Positions 45,201 to 57,372 of a stretch of 64,000 nucleotides of DNA are shown one piece after another. The stretch is from Vitrella brassicaformis CCMP3155. Lineage: Eukaryota > Protista > Chromerida. The notes under the pieces were generated by a model. It was given only the letters and a program-made list of their open reading frames with translations. It had not been told where the DNA came from and did no database searches. The stretch spans positions 1-64,000 of the forward strand of contig CDMY01000383.1 in the NCBI GenBank assembly GCA_001179505.1, written 5' to 3'. The translations under genes and the position numbers were made by a program. How positions within the stretch are numbered: position 1 is the stretch's first letter; each line of letters opens with the position of its first letter.

Positions 45201-47285
45201 GCCGCTCTTTGTCCTCAGACTTGACGAACTCCTCACTCAGCCCGGTGAGCGGATCTTTCGCCCATGACACACCACCACCACCTACGGCGCCATTGAGACG
45301 CCCGGAGGGGCCAGGGCCGTCTTCAGGGTAGCCGTTGAGCGACGCATACGGCCCAGCAGCAGAGAGAAAGCCATTCATTGGCCGAGCCACAGGTGAGGGA
45401 GAGCCCCAGAAACCGTCGTCATCGCCTTCAGGCGTCGTCTCATTCGGCTGCACCTCCCTGAGGGCATCGTCCATAACAGTAGGCTGCTCCAGCTGTGTGG
45501 GCAGGGGGAGGGGTGGAGGGATCGGTGGGCCCCCCATGCCCGTGGGCATCATGCCGTGGCCGAGTCCGTGTGGTGGAGGGGGGAAGAGAGGTGGTGGGTT
45601 TGCGCGAGAGCCACGGCCACGTCCGACGCCCGGAGGGATGGGAGGGGGGAAGGGGGGCGGGCCGTTCATAAACTTATACTGCTGCTGCTGCTGCTGGTGG
45701 TGGTGGGGTGGTTTCGGTGGCAAGCCGTAGCCATGGTAAAATGGACAGGCGTCTCCAGAACGGCACTTGCCCTCCTTCCAGAAATGACACGGCTTCTGAT
45801 AGATAGATAGACAGAGAAACAGGTAGACAGACAGCACACAGATAGATGCACATACGCGTGAGTGCCGATCTCCCCGCCCGCCTGTCTGCCTGCCTGCCTG
45901 CACCCATCGCGTCGCTTGTGTGTGTGGCGTGCTTACACTGGCCCGCCAGTCTGTCTTGGTGGTGGCCGTTCTGGGGTCCTTCTTCTTGCTGCCCCGCGGC
46001 TGCACCGTCGAGCCCTCCCTGAGCCATGCAGGAGCCATCGCAGTAGGGATGGCCGAAGAGCTCCCGGCACCAGCCGCCGCCCCCGAGCCGCTCTCTGATG
46101 TGGACAGAGCGGGCGAGACGCGCTGCGATATGCTGCCGTGGGGCATGGGGGGCTGTGTGGACGAGCTGGACGACGGCATGGGGCCGGGGCGGTGGTGGGG
46201 ACGGGGGAGTCGGGGGATTCGCCGCTTCAGCTCTTCTAGGAAGCGCATGTCGACGATGCGCGGCAGGTCCTCGCCGGCACGAATGTACAGCGAGTTCTGG
46301 TATGTGTCGCGGAGCTCTCGCTCGTTGTGGGCAAAATGGCCTGAAGGCAGGAGGGACCCACACACATACACACATACATACATAGGTACACATGGGTGTG
46401 TTGTGGTGTGGATGCGGGAGTGACGGCGTGTTTGCGCGAGCGCTTACATTCGTCCATCCTGTTGCAGTTGGGGTGGTATCGGCACATGGTGGTCTTGTAG
46501 AGCAGGCCCTTCTGCTCGCTATCGCCACCCCTCTGCCGCAACGCCTGGATCACATCCTGCGATGTCGTCGAGTTGTAGGTCATCACCAGCCGCTGGCCGC
46601 CGCCCCTCTGCTGGCCAGCCCCTCGACCCGCCCCACCACTAGCAGATGACGGCGGCGCCACGCCCCCAGCGCCCCGACCTGCTGCCGCCAGCTGTCGCGC
46701 TCGCATCTCTGCGAGTGTGATGCCCGGGTTGATGGGAGGGTCGGACGAGTGCACTGTTACTCGTGCCGGTGCATGCGCGGGACGCTCCTTTCGACGCTTA
46801 TCGGCCTCCTCTGAACGAATGGATGGATGGAGGGGCGCACGGGACACACACACACAGGCACGTCACGTCAGCGTCGCATTGCTGTGTGTTGTGGTGAGCT
46901 GTCACCCACCCGCCCCCGCCCACCCACCTTCGCCAGCGCGGCAGAAGGGACAGACCGCTTCGAGCTTCGTCTGACAATCCTGCCAACACACAACATGCAC
47001 ACGTACAATCAGACATGCACATCCTCATATGCACTCCCTCTCCTGATCAGCTGATTCTCAGCCTCCCCCTCTCATCTCATGTGTGTCGTCCCTCCCTCCC
47101 ACCTCGAAACATTTTGAGCAGAGGTTCTTGCCGCAGCACTCCGTCTGCAGCATCTGGTGGTCCTCCTCGTCCCACTCGTGAAAACATATGTGGCACACAC
47201 CGTCCCAGTCCTCAGACAGCGTCTCCTCCCCCTCACCCGCACCGCCGCCCGACGCACCGGGCGCCAGATCCTCCGCGCTCAACAT
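42263..47285 (-). CDS. RING-variant + 2x CCCH zinc finger + UIM-like + ankyrin protein (putative RNA-binding E3 ligase); 3' end uncertain
   Basis: CHIC..ECCGKNLCSKC..VCPFCR; YKTTMCRYHPNCNRMDECHFAHNERELR (split by an intron); KPCHFWKEGKCRSGDACPFYHG; SDAALAAALQEAEEE; FLLSAGYSLTTTDEDGDTFLRAAA. Confidence 0.7.
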
Positions 47286-47721
47286 CACCACTACTTCTCG
47301 CCTACTTCAGCCAAGAAAGACCGCCAGAAGCCTCAGCGGCGAGAGTGGACCTCGTTTGTCGTCTTAAAACTGCCGAACTAAAAATTTCCCCTTCGCACCG
47401 ACACAGGACGTCAGCAGCAGCTCATCCGGCGAGTCGACGCCTCTCACAGCGTCCCATCGTCAGCCGACGGCCGCTTCCGAGAGACGTTCGCTCACATACA
47501 CCCGGTGAAGGAGCGAAATCGATAGACAGCAGCTATCCGCCAGCCCCTCAATTGCTCTCCAGAAGCTACGTCGCCCAATTTCGCTTGTCACGTTGCAAGC
47601 TCAAAAAACCACTTTGACGGGTGGAGGTTCCTTCCGGTCAGACAGCTTGGTGGATCTGTCAGGGCCCCCCTGAAGGCACGTGATCCAGCAGGTTGTTGGA
47701 TCTATCCAGTTTTTTGTAGCG

Positions 47722-48477
47722 ATGGTCAAGCTCGTGGTAAGCCAGCCCCGACGCCGCAGACGCCGTTCGAGCGCAGCAGCCACACGTCCACTATGGCTTC
47801 TGGTCGCTGAGCTGTGCTGTGCTGTGGTGTGCTGTTGTGTGCAGGTGCCTTCCGACATCACCGTAGCCGAGGAGAAGACGTCCCTTGGTGTGCGCAAGCT
47901 GACGAGGATGGAGCATCTGGGTCTGCTGCTGTACCCGCCGACGCTGCACTTCAACTACACCAAGCCCGACAAGAGCGACATGTACAAGGTCCTCACCAAG
48001 CGGTTCTCACAAGACAAAGTCAGACCCTACATCGCAGAGATATGCGCCACCAGACAGGAATCCATCTCAAAACAGGTCAGTCAGGCGACAGAGGGAGGGA
48101 GGGAGGGAGGGAAGGAAGGAATCACACGCTGGCTGCAGTGGTCTGGCCGACTCGCTTTGCATTCGTGTGTCAGGTCCAGTGCATGGTGTATCTGTGGCTG
48201 GGCACGGCTGTGACGACGGTTGGCACGTGGTACTCGCTGCGACACTACGACTGGAAGGCCAAGCTCATCACGCTGCCCTTCATGGCATACGGCGGCTCCT
48301 GGCTCGGCAGATGGACCGGAGACCTCATAACCTGCAGGTACGTACGTCACGCCATGCCACCAATACCCAATGAGTACACAGGGAGGGGAGGGGTCCCTGC
48401 ATGTCGCAATGCTCGTGTGTGGGGGTTGTCAGATGGTGGGAGTATGGTCGTGACCGCTGGCTGGCGTCCCTCCCGGG
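47722..48477 (+). CDS. Small conserved-looking membrane protein (end uncertain)
   Basis: Exons MVKLV / VPSDIT..GLLLYPPTLHFNYTKP..QESISKQ / VQCMVYLWLGTAVTTVGTWYSLRHYDWKAKLITLPFMAYGGSWLGRWTGDLITCR / WWEYGRDRWLASLP. Two hydrophobic segments. Confidence 0.6.
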
Positions 48478-49170
48478 TAAGACCGTCTACTCACCTGCAC
48501 AGTGAGGCTGGGAGGCATGCCGGCAGCCAAGGCAACCGAAGGCGGCTGGAGGGAGGGAGAAGTGGGTCATACGTGGTTTGTACGTAGCACCACATGGCTC
48601 GTGTGTGATCGATCGCTGAAGGATGGCGAATGGCGAGCACTGTACTCAATGCAGGAGAGCAGAATGGCTTGTTTGCCGAGGTGATGGTGCCGTCTGATCT
48701 ACGTTTGATGGGCCCTTGCGTTAGCTCTCTCATCGCAATAGAGCGGGTGGGCGTGAGCTATTTGTTGGGATCATCAAGCGCTGATCAGACGGCCCGCACA
48801 GAGGAGGGCAAGCAGGCAGGAGAATATATGGCTGAACCAAGCTTCATGTGATGATGGAAATGTCCGCCGTGTGTGTGCCGGTGTCTCCATCGTCTTGCCG
48901 CACATCCTCCGCAGCCTTCAGCAGTGGGGCTGCGGTGGTACGTGGCCAAGGTGTTGGCGGCATCGGCACACACAGGCGGCTGTTCGTATGAGAGACCCTT
49001 CTGTATGCCCGCCATGACGCAAGTGATAAACGCATAAACGCACGTCACATCAATGCGATTCGTCCGATCGTCATATCACCAAACACCCAGCGACACATAC
49101 GAGTTGCCTACAGCCTGGGTCTACACATCAGTCTTGTCTCCGCTACTGGATGGCTACTCACTCTGCGCAC

Positions 49171-52100
49171 CTACTGCGACACCAACCGGGGTTTAGATAC
49201 CACAGCACCGCCCCGCAGCAGCATCCAACCCGAACACGCGACGCTCAACACTGCCATGACGACCAGCACACCCGAAGAGCACTCCACCAGCCAAGAGAAG
49301 GCCTGCATGAACCAGTAGACCGACTCGGGGGCAAATCCCTCGCCCAGCAACCACCACACCTTGCCCTCAGACAGCACTCTTGCCGGCAGGGAAGCGGGCA
49401 GAGATGCCAGGGAAGCATCCAGCTGGTGCAAAGCCGTCACGAGCGGACCGGCGTATCTCTCTATCCACAGGAGTCGCGTCACAGAGCCAGCAGCCATGAG
49501 GGTCACGGTTCGAGAGAGCCCCCTCATCGGGCCGATGACCGTCGCATAGGTGGGCAAGAGGAACCACTCGATCGCCCGCAGCATCTGTTCCACCATCACG
49601 CGATGCCCCACCTGGCCGAGCAGGAATCCGCTGCTCACAGCCGTCACCAGAAACCCTCTCCACTGGTCGAATAAGAGGCAGGGGATGACCAGAAGCAGCA
49701 TGAACTCGGTCAGCACTCGCCGGACGCCCGAGTGTGGCTTTCGAAGTGGTTTGAGGTGGGCCGGGTGGGGCGCGGGTGAGAGGCTGCGTGGCGTGGTGGG
49801 GTGGGGGGGCGGGGGCGAATCGGAGTCGCAAGAGAGACTGGGGGACTGGTACAACAGCAGGTCGCAGCAGTCCTGGGAGTATCCGTCCACGAGGTTGTTC
49901 AGGAAGTACCTGACGACGTAAGGAGCACACAGACGATATCCTCAGGCAGGCTCTGTCCGTCTTGCCCGTCCCACCTGTGTATGGCGTTTTTGCCGTCCTG
50001 CAGCAGCCCAGCCGTCGTGCGCTTCCCCAGCCGCGTAAAGTCGGTCTTGAGGGCGGGCGTGCCGGCATACAGGGCACTGAGGGCATCCGCATTGTCGGCC
50101 CACGCATCGCGGAACAGCTGCTCGAAATCCTCATTCGCCAGCGGCGCAAACGGGTCGTCAGACGCCTGCACACATGGCATTACGCCAGACATTGAGCCAT
50201 GTCTGAGTGGCTGAGTGGCTGTCTCTCTGTGGCTGACTTACATGGGTGCCGTCGTCAGTGTATCCGATGCAGAGTCGCTTGAGCTGCTGCCGCAGCGAGC
50301 GGCGTGCCAGGAGTGACTGCACCACGTTGGTGCGGTCGAGACAGTCGACACAGTTGGTGCGACACACGCCCGACTGCTTGAGCAACACCTGACCAGCCAG
50401 CGCCATGTCCTGCACACACACAGAGAGCATGTGGCCACGCCACGCATGCGTCAATGGCAGCGGTGTGTGTGTGTGTGTGTGTGCGTGCGTACCTTCGTGT
50501 GTGGGGGTCTGTCTGTGAGCAGGGTGTCGCTCCTGCCGCCCTCAATCGGCCCATTCTGCTGCGGCTCTTGGTGCTCGGGAGCTGGTGGCGGTGGTGGGTT
50601 GGTCGACGGGACGTCGTGCAGTTCTATGAGCGTGTATGCCTGGTGGTCGAGGTCGTCCTGGATCTGTCCCATGAGCTTGGACAGGTTGTGCCACTGCATC
50701 TTGCGACACTCCTTGTGGAAATCAAACCTGCACGAAGGAATGGATTGATGGACATCTTCAGCATTTCCACCGTGGTGTGTGTGTGTGTATCGACCAGATG
50801 TAGTGGAGGTTTGGGCTCTCCGTCTCCTCCACCACACGAGTGAACGCGTCCCCAAGACGCTGAGCCAATACACAGAAGAGAAACAACGCTGTTCTGTTTG
50901 GTCTCTGTGTGCCGAGCTTTGCTAATGCGTTGTGTACCTTTTGCCAGCTCTTCATGTCGACTAGATTTATCAGCAGATTCCGTCCATACAACCTGATGAC
51001 ACACACACATTTGCGCGGGCACTCTGCCTCCCTGCCAGCCCTCTCGTCGCCCAGTCCACTCACTTGACACATTCCTCCAGGTGCCGGGTGCCTGCGGCGA
51101 AATTCGCGCTGAAGTCACCGCATATCTTGGCCTTCGGGGCCCACCTGACACACACACACACACAAACATCAGCTAGCACACCAAGGACGGAACAGATAGA
51201 TCGGATCATTATGGTGGCGGAGCGAGCAGCTGACTTGAGGTTTGGCGGTTGTTTCCACACGAGCGGGATAGAGCCTCTCGTCTGCACATGGCTGCAGATG
51301 CGGTAGCGGCCCCCCTGGTGGCATATCAACAGCTGCTCCGTCTCAACGAAGTTGGACGCATAACCTGCCAACACACACAACGCAGACAAGGCATCTCATC
51401 TTTCTATTCGGTAGTTCGATGCCATGTCTTTATGACCGTTTTGGTTGACGCCTCGGCGGTGGAATCGCACGCCAGCCCTGCGGCAGTCGCGCCTCGAGAT
51501 GAGCACCAGCTTCATGTTACGGCCCATGCCAGGCACCTCATGCATCAACACACACCTGCACCTCGCACCAGACGCCACGCAATGCAATGCACACAGCGAT
51601 TTGGCATCCGACCCATCCCATCCCATCCCCCAGTGACTCACCCGTTGATGACCATGGTGGTCCAGTTGGGTGCATGTGCGGTGATGGGGCCCTCGAGCAT
51701 GCGCCGATTCCACACGAACCGTGGGTCACACTTGAGCACACGGGGAGTCTCGTAGTGGAAGTCGCTCCACCCATCGCCAGCACCACGCAACTGCCGGGCC
51801 GTCCGCGTCAGGTCCCACCTGCATTCATTCACACATCGAATGCAATGCATGCATACACATGAACAAGGGCGCTCAGACATGCGTGTCTGTCCTGTGGCCT
51901 ACCCCTGTGAGAAATAGAATCCGCCCTTGTGCAGGAGTTCGGCGACCATGTCCTTTGCCAGTTTGCTCTCGGCATCCTCCTCCCCATCGCCTCCATCATC
52001 GATGCGAAGGAACTCACACCGCCGTATCTCGAAGACAGGCCGCTTCACGATGTCACCAGTGTAGAGACACTCGGTGACAACCACCAGATAACGCACTGCA

Positions 52101-52309
52101 CCGAAGGTGAGGGTGCCGAGGCATGCCCAGGCTGACAAGGCCGACAAGGGCGGGGAGGGCTGCGGCGGCGGCAGCAGCTCCATGCGGACAGTGCCGTCGT
52201 GTGTGAGCAGATGCAGAGAAGCCTGGTCAGGTGCACGGCGGACCACCACTCTGTCATCGTGGATCTCAACGGAGAAGAAAGGATGGAAGATCAGCCTTGC
52301 GTCAGTCAT
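49171..52309 (-). CDS. SAC1: SAC1-type phosphoinositide phosphatase
   Basis: [58 protein letters not shown], catalytic [44 protein letters not shown], hydrophobic C-terminus ending VSKPRLVSQ. Confidence 0.95.
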
Positions 52310-52404
52310 TGCACATGCGCATCCGAGGCTCGCTCCTCCTTTCCTCTTCACACCCGCGAGCTTAGCGTGCTGACGGTGCGAGATGTCTTTGCCCGGCCTT
52401 CACG

Positions 52405-52863
52405 ATGAATACGGAGTCGTCTGGTGACCAGCAGCGCTTTGTTGTCGAGAGCGAGTTCCGCAATCGCATCGTCAGCCTCGCGAAGAAGCTGAACGCCCGG
52501 CAGCCGCTCATCCCTGATTCGCTGGCGCAACACCACCTGCACCGCGCTGGATGCCGCGCAGATAGCGACATGGTGGCCCTGCGACTGCTGGCGGCGGCGG
52601 CGGAGAGGCAGCTGCTCCAGATCTGTCGAGACATGAAGGATGTGGCCGACCTCAGGCAGGAGACTCAACGGCTTCCCGAGCGCTCTGCAGCCATTGCGAC
52701 GGCGGATGACCTGACCTTTGTGCTGCGGGAGGACTACGGCGAGAGTGTGAATCGCGAGGGCAGGGGCGAGTCTCGGCGTGCTGCCGGTGGTGCTGGTGCT
52801 GGTGTGGCGCACTCGTCGCAGGAGAGGTCGCTGCAGAGGAGGGAGGGACAGCTGCAGAGATAG
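52405..52863 (+). CDS. TAF10: TFIID subunit TAF10-like histone-fold protein (single exon)
   Basis: PLIPDSLAQHHLHRAGC..DMVALRLLAAAAERQLLQICRD..TADDLTFVLREDYG parallels the TAF10 pattern PTIPD.VT.YYL.RAG..D.R..RL..LA.QKF..DI..T.EDL..AL.EYG. Confidence 0.75.
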   Translation: MNTESSGDQQRFVVESEFRNRIVSLAKKLNARQPLIPDSLAQHHLHRAGCRADSDMVALRLLAAAAERQLLQICRDMKDVADLRQETQRLPERSAAIATADDLTFVLREDYGESVNREGRGESRRAAGGAGAGVAHSSQERSLQRREGQLQR

Positions 52864-54117
52864 GTGGATGGGTGGGATCCTCTGCCTGGTGTGTGTCGTT
52901 TTGCTGGTGTACATAGTCCTTTTCTGCTGATACGATTTCATGCATCGTCTGGAAGGGAAGAGAAGTCAACTGCTGACACTGACTGGAGGATTTGAGTTTC
53001 ATGTCCGTGTGAGGTACCTCGGATGGGAGGCCACGGGGCTGTTCGTGAAGTCGTTTGGCACGTCTGATGCTCTCTCTGACAGCAGAAGGGGTCATCACCC
53101 GTGTGAGGCGGATTCAAAAGCAGCCCAGTGGCGTCCTCGTATAGCGCGATGTATGGCTGGAGTGCAATAGGAGAGTCGATGAACAGTGATTGCTGTTGGC
53201 TGCGGGGGGGCTGGTTTTGCACTCCTCAGTGTCGGTCATCTCTCTGCATCTGAGGGAGATGGCCATAGCTGACTGGTGCAGGGCCTGACCACCCACCCAC
53301 AGTCAGACAGGCGTCAAGAGGTCTATGTAACTACATGGACGCGATTGTTGACACTGGCTATTGACGTGATGAGTCAGTCAACAATGCTGGATGGATTGGA
53401 TTACTCACATGTATGTGCTGAATGCATTCATGTCTTTCCATACATCAGTTCACTACAGTCCATATATAGGTACACGCACATGACATCAACAAGGCAGGCA
53501 GCTCTCCGTCCTCCGAGCAGCGGCGGCACCCACCCTCCCTCCCTCCGTCCCTCCGCTGCGTGCGAAGTGCTGTGTGTTCTGTCTCACTCACCTTCTTTTG
53601 GCACAGTGCATCTCGGTGTTTGGTTCCTCTGTGACGGCTCCCCTGTTGTTGCTCTCATGCTGCATTTGGTCGGGGGCTGGGTCACGCCGCCACGCCACTC
53701 GTTCCTGCACACAGAGAAACACACTTAGCGTCCGTGCTTTGCAGTTGGTGCTTTGTCTGTGCTGGCTGACGACTCACTGACCGAGGGATGCACCGCAAGG
53801 CAGCCCGTTGACGAGTCGTCCCCGTCGTCGGGTGGCTGGGCGGCCGAGGCCCAGCCACGTCCATCCCGCCTCTGAGCTACCCTTGTAGACGGGCTGGTTG
53901 CAACACCGCTCAACTCAGGACGTGGGCCTGTCCCCACCGGTGTGCTCCGTAGCGCACGCGGCGTTGCAGGCAGCGGTTGCAACCGCAAACAACCGCTGGG
54001 CTATGCTGGCCGTGACGCTGGCCAATCGTTCCCTGGGCGCGCTTGAAGGTCTCTCGTCTGTCTGTCTTTCAAATCCGTTCGTCCGTCTGTCTGCCTGTCT
54101 GTCTGCAGTGTGTGTGT

Positions 54118-54215
54118 GTGTGTGCGTGCAGACAAACCATTCAGCGCATTCCATCCATTCAACACGTTGACTCAATCGTCAACACATCAGTGTCTTCTAA
54201 TGTCTGTCTGTCGGT
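54118..54215 (+). repeat. ~100-nt dispersed direct repeat (second copy ~57815-57912) containing a GTTGAC-N6-GTCAAC hairpin
   Basis: gtgcagacaaaccattcagcgcattccatccattcaacacgttgactcaatcgtcaacacatcagt.. vs gtgcagataaagcattcagtgtattccatccattcaatacgttgactcaatcgtcaacacatcagt.. Confidence 0.85.
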
Positions 54216-54638
54216 GAGTGTGGCGGCACACTGGGTCAGGCAGAAGGCTGGCTTTCCGCCCTCTGAGCACAGGACGGCGGGACATCCAGCTTTCCGGGCT
54301 GGTAGGGAGGCGCGATTGGCCTCGCTAAGGCTGACAGACAGACAGACAGACACAAACATGCAGACCGTAGCCACTTGGCGCTGCTGCCATCAACCACACT
54401 GACCTCTCACTCACACGGACCTTGCAACCAACCATCCACCCACCCACCCACCCACCCATCCACTCACTCACACACATATGCACTCTCTCTCACACACACA
54501 CACCGACAGACCAAAAAGAGATAGAGAGAAGGACAGAGACGGGCAAAGCTATATCAACAGACGCGTCGAGACAAGCAAATCCAGGTGAGTCTTCACACCA
54601 CCACACTCGCATTCATCCCACACCTCTCCCCTCTCACG

Positions 54639-56375
54639 TCACACGCTGGTCTCTCCCGCAAACGCCTGCTGCAGCTGCTCTCGTTTCTCCTGTTCCTCCA
54701 GCATCACCTCCTCACGCAGAGCCGTACGCACGCTCTTGCGAAGGTACGACTGGTAGAAGTAAACGGCGATGGCGACAATGACCACCAGCATGAGCAGGAC
54801 CAGCGTCACGAGCAGGATCAGCGTCACGGGACCCGCACCCACACCCTTGTTGTTCGTCACCTTGGACAGAGAGCCCTCCATCTCTCTGTGGATGCACCCA
54901 TCCAGAGGCGGGCGTGTGAATGGTCTCTCTCCCTCTCTCACCTCTCTCTCTCTGCCTGTGTGTGTGTGTGTGTTCTGTGTCCTCACTTGAGTAGTGTTTT
55001 GCATGGTGCCGGTGGCTCGATGAAGCTCGAGCACACTGCCTTGGTCACCAAGTTGCGCTCAAGCATGCCGCTAAACCTGAAGCAACACAGAATCAACACC
55101 CACCGATCGGCTGCGTCCTTTCCTCTCCTGTCCGCCTTCTCACCTCCATCCGTTGATTCTGATTGCCAGCACGCTCCACGCCATGTTTTCCTTCTCCTCC
55201 TCCAGCAGCTTCAGCCCATCCGGCCCGTCAACGCAGGTCTCGAACTCGTGCATCTTCTTGGGAATCAGCCCCCGCAGGATGCGCAAGGAGCACTTCTCGC
55301 CGAATCGGTACTCGTCTGGGCTGACGCCCTTGGGCGGTCTGGCCGCGGCTTTGTCGACGATGGGGCACTCCTTGGCGAACCGGTCGATGTATTCCCAGAA
55401 GGCCTTGGAGTAGCGGCTGTCCTTGATGCCGTCGACATTCTCCTCGGCCGTCACGGAGAACAGACACAGCTGCCGGAGGTCCTCGAGCACCACATCGTGA
55501 CCTGTGATGTCCCCGGGGCCGTCAGGGTCGTCGGCACAGAACTTGGCTGTCTCCTTGTCCTTGCACAGGTCGTAAAAGTCGATAGGCCGAGAGAAAATGT
55601 GGTAGTGAGGCGAGAAGCGCAAATGGCCTTTAAGGGTCTCGGCGTCCTTGGAGTAGTCCGCCAGGAATCGGGTGCCCTGCTCGTTGGCGGCGTCGGTCCA
55701 GAAGTCCACGGCCACCACATCCTTCTGGAGGATGCTCCACGTCAGCTCGGCAAACACCGCCTGGTCGTACTTGTCCCCCCCGGCCTCCTCGGCACGCACC
55801 ACAGCGTCGATCAGCCGCTGCCCGTCGGCATGGGTGAGGAGAATCGACGGGATCTTGATGTGCTTGCCCCAGCTATCGTCCGCCATGATGATGTGCTTGA
55901 TGTCCTCGCGTGTGAGAGTTGAGTTCTTCGAGTCGACCACAATGACAGCATCGGCGCCCTTGTCCTCCGCCACTTCCACCTTGGTCACGAAAGAACCTTT
56001 GATAAGATGACGCATTGACACATTGGTACACGAATGGAACCGTGCGTGTGTATGCTTACACTCGCCGCGGTCGACCAGCACGATGCGCAGCAGCTTGGGG
56101 CCTCCATCCATGTCCCAGGGTTCAGCCGCAACCAGGTTGTAGTCGGGCATACAGTGGCTCGTGGCCGAGTGGCTGTACAGCAGCTGGCCCAGCACCACCT
56201 TGCCGTCGAAGGGAGCGCCGAACGTGGCTGTCGTCCCTGGAATGACGCCATTCTCCACGCCAGTCGCTCGGATCTCCTCAACCAGGTCCTTCGGCGACAG
56301 CACGCGCACCTGTGCCGTGATGCACGAGACGTGCAAGGCTGTCACAAGCAATGCTCTCGCGCAGACGTGCCGCAT
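54639..56375 (-). CDS. PA-domain vacuolar sorting receptor (BP-80/VSR-like), type I membrane protein
   Basis: Signal peptide, TATFGAP, IVLVDRGECSFVTKV, IMADD..IKIPSILL, FSPHY, CADDPDGPG..GHDVVLEDLRQLC, FWEYIDRFAKEC, AIRINGWRFSGML..VTKAVCSSF, TM segment, short cytosolic tail. Confidence 0.85.
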
Positions 56376-56638
56376 GATGATGAAGTCGATGCGAACAGCT
56401 GGTTTGTTGCGTGTGCGGCTCCTGAAGCAGCCCGCGTTTCACGATGCGCCTCCTCAAGGTTGACTCCCGAGAGTAAGAGAGAGAAGAGTCTCAGAGAGCG
56501 GTTTCACGGCGCTTCGTAAATTCGAGCCGGCTCACATTTCATTCCTTTTTACCGAGGGCCTGAGTTGCCTCGCGTTTTGGTGTTGACCATGCCGACGGCG
56601 CCAGCACCTCTTTTGGTTTTTCCGTGAGCAGTAAAGGT

Positions 56639-57372
56639 ATGGGTGCGTCGGCAAGCGGCCGGCAGACAGCGGGAAGCGGTGGTGATGGTCCTTATGGCGA
56701 TGGGTGGGTGCCTGCTGCACCGGCAGCACCCGGCAATACCGCTCTCTATCCATCACCTGGACAGGTAAGGATGGGAGAGATTCACTCACATCCTTGACGA
56801 GGTAAGTCGCATTCATTCTGTGTGTGTATGTGTGTTCATGCAGTTGTTTGGCGTGCCTGACATAGCCGTTCCGATGACCCATGGCGGACAGCAGCAGGTA
56901 CACTGGACAGATGCCACCTTCGCACATCCATCGCTGTCTGTCTGTCTGTCTGTCTGTGTGTGCCATGCGGCGTGTTGCTCGCCCGGTGTTCACGATGCCG
57001 CCGCAGGCCCCTCAGCCGCCCAGCGGACACAGCCCGTCAGGTGCGGGGGCCGGTGCGTCGATGGCGGCTCCATCCGCACAGCTCAATGGCTCAGCTGCCA
57101 TAGGAGAACTGAGCCGCCCCGAAATCCGGGAAATGATGGTGGATATGCTGGGCTTAGTCGGTCCCCCACCCCCACCCCCTCCCCCACCCCCACTCATGCC
57201 GCCCCCTCTGCTTTACCCGCCTCTTCGCGGCATCGCCTTCCCACACCCGCCGATCCCCTATGGCATGCCCCTCCTGGCTCCACCGCCCAGCCCCATGCCA
57301 CCCATGCCGCTCAACACTGCCGTCCAGCCACACCCAAACACGGACGCCACGAGGCCGCGACCGCCCGTCTGA
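56639..57372 (+). CDS. Proline-rich hypothetical protein
   Basis: ATG at 56639, GT/AG-bounded small exons, last exon with poly-Pro (GPPPPPPPPPPLMPPP). Exon joins uncertain. Confidence 0.4.

Noticed and set aside
43615-46383. 922-aa ORF as a standalone gene
   Set aside because: It starts in an intron microsatellite (MYVCVYVC) and is part of the spliced RING-CCCH gene, with in-frame introns.
54585-55922. 445-aa plus-strand ORF
   Set aside because: Antisense shadow of the GC3-rich VSR coding sequence.
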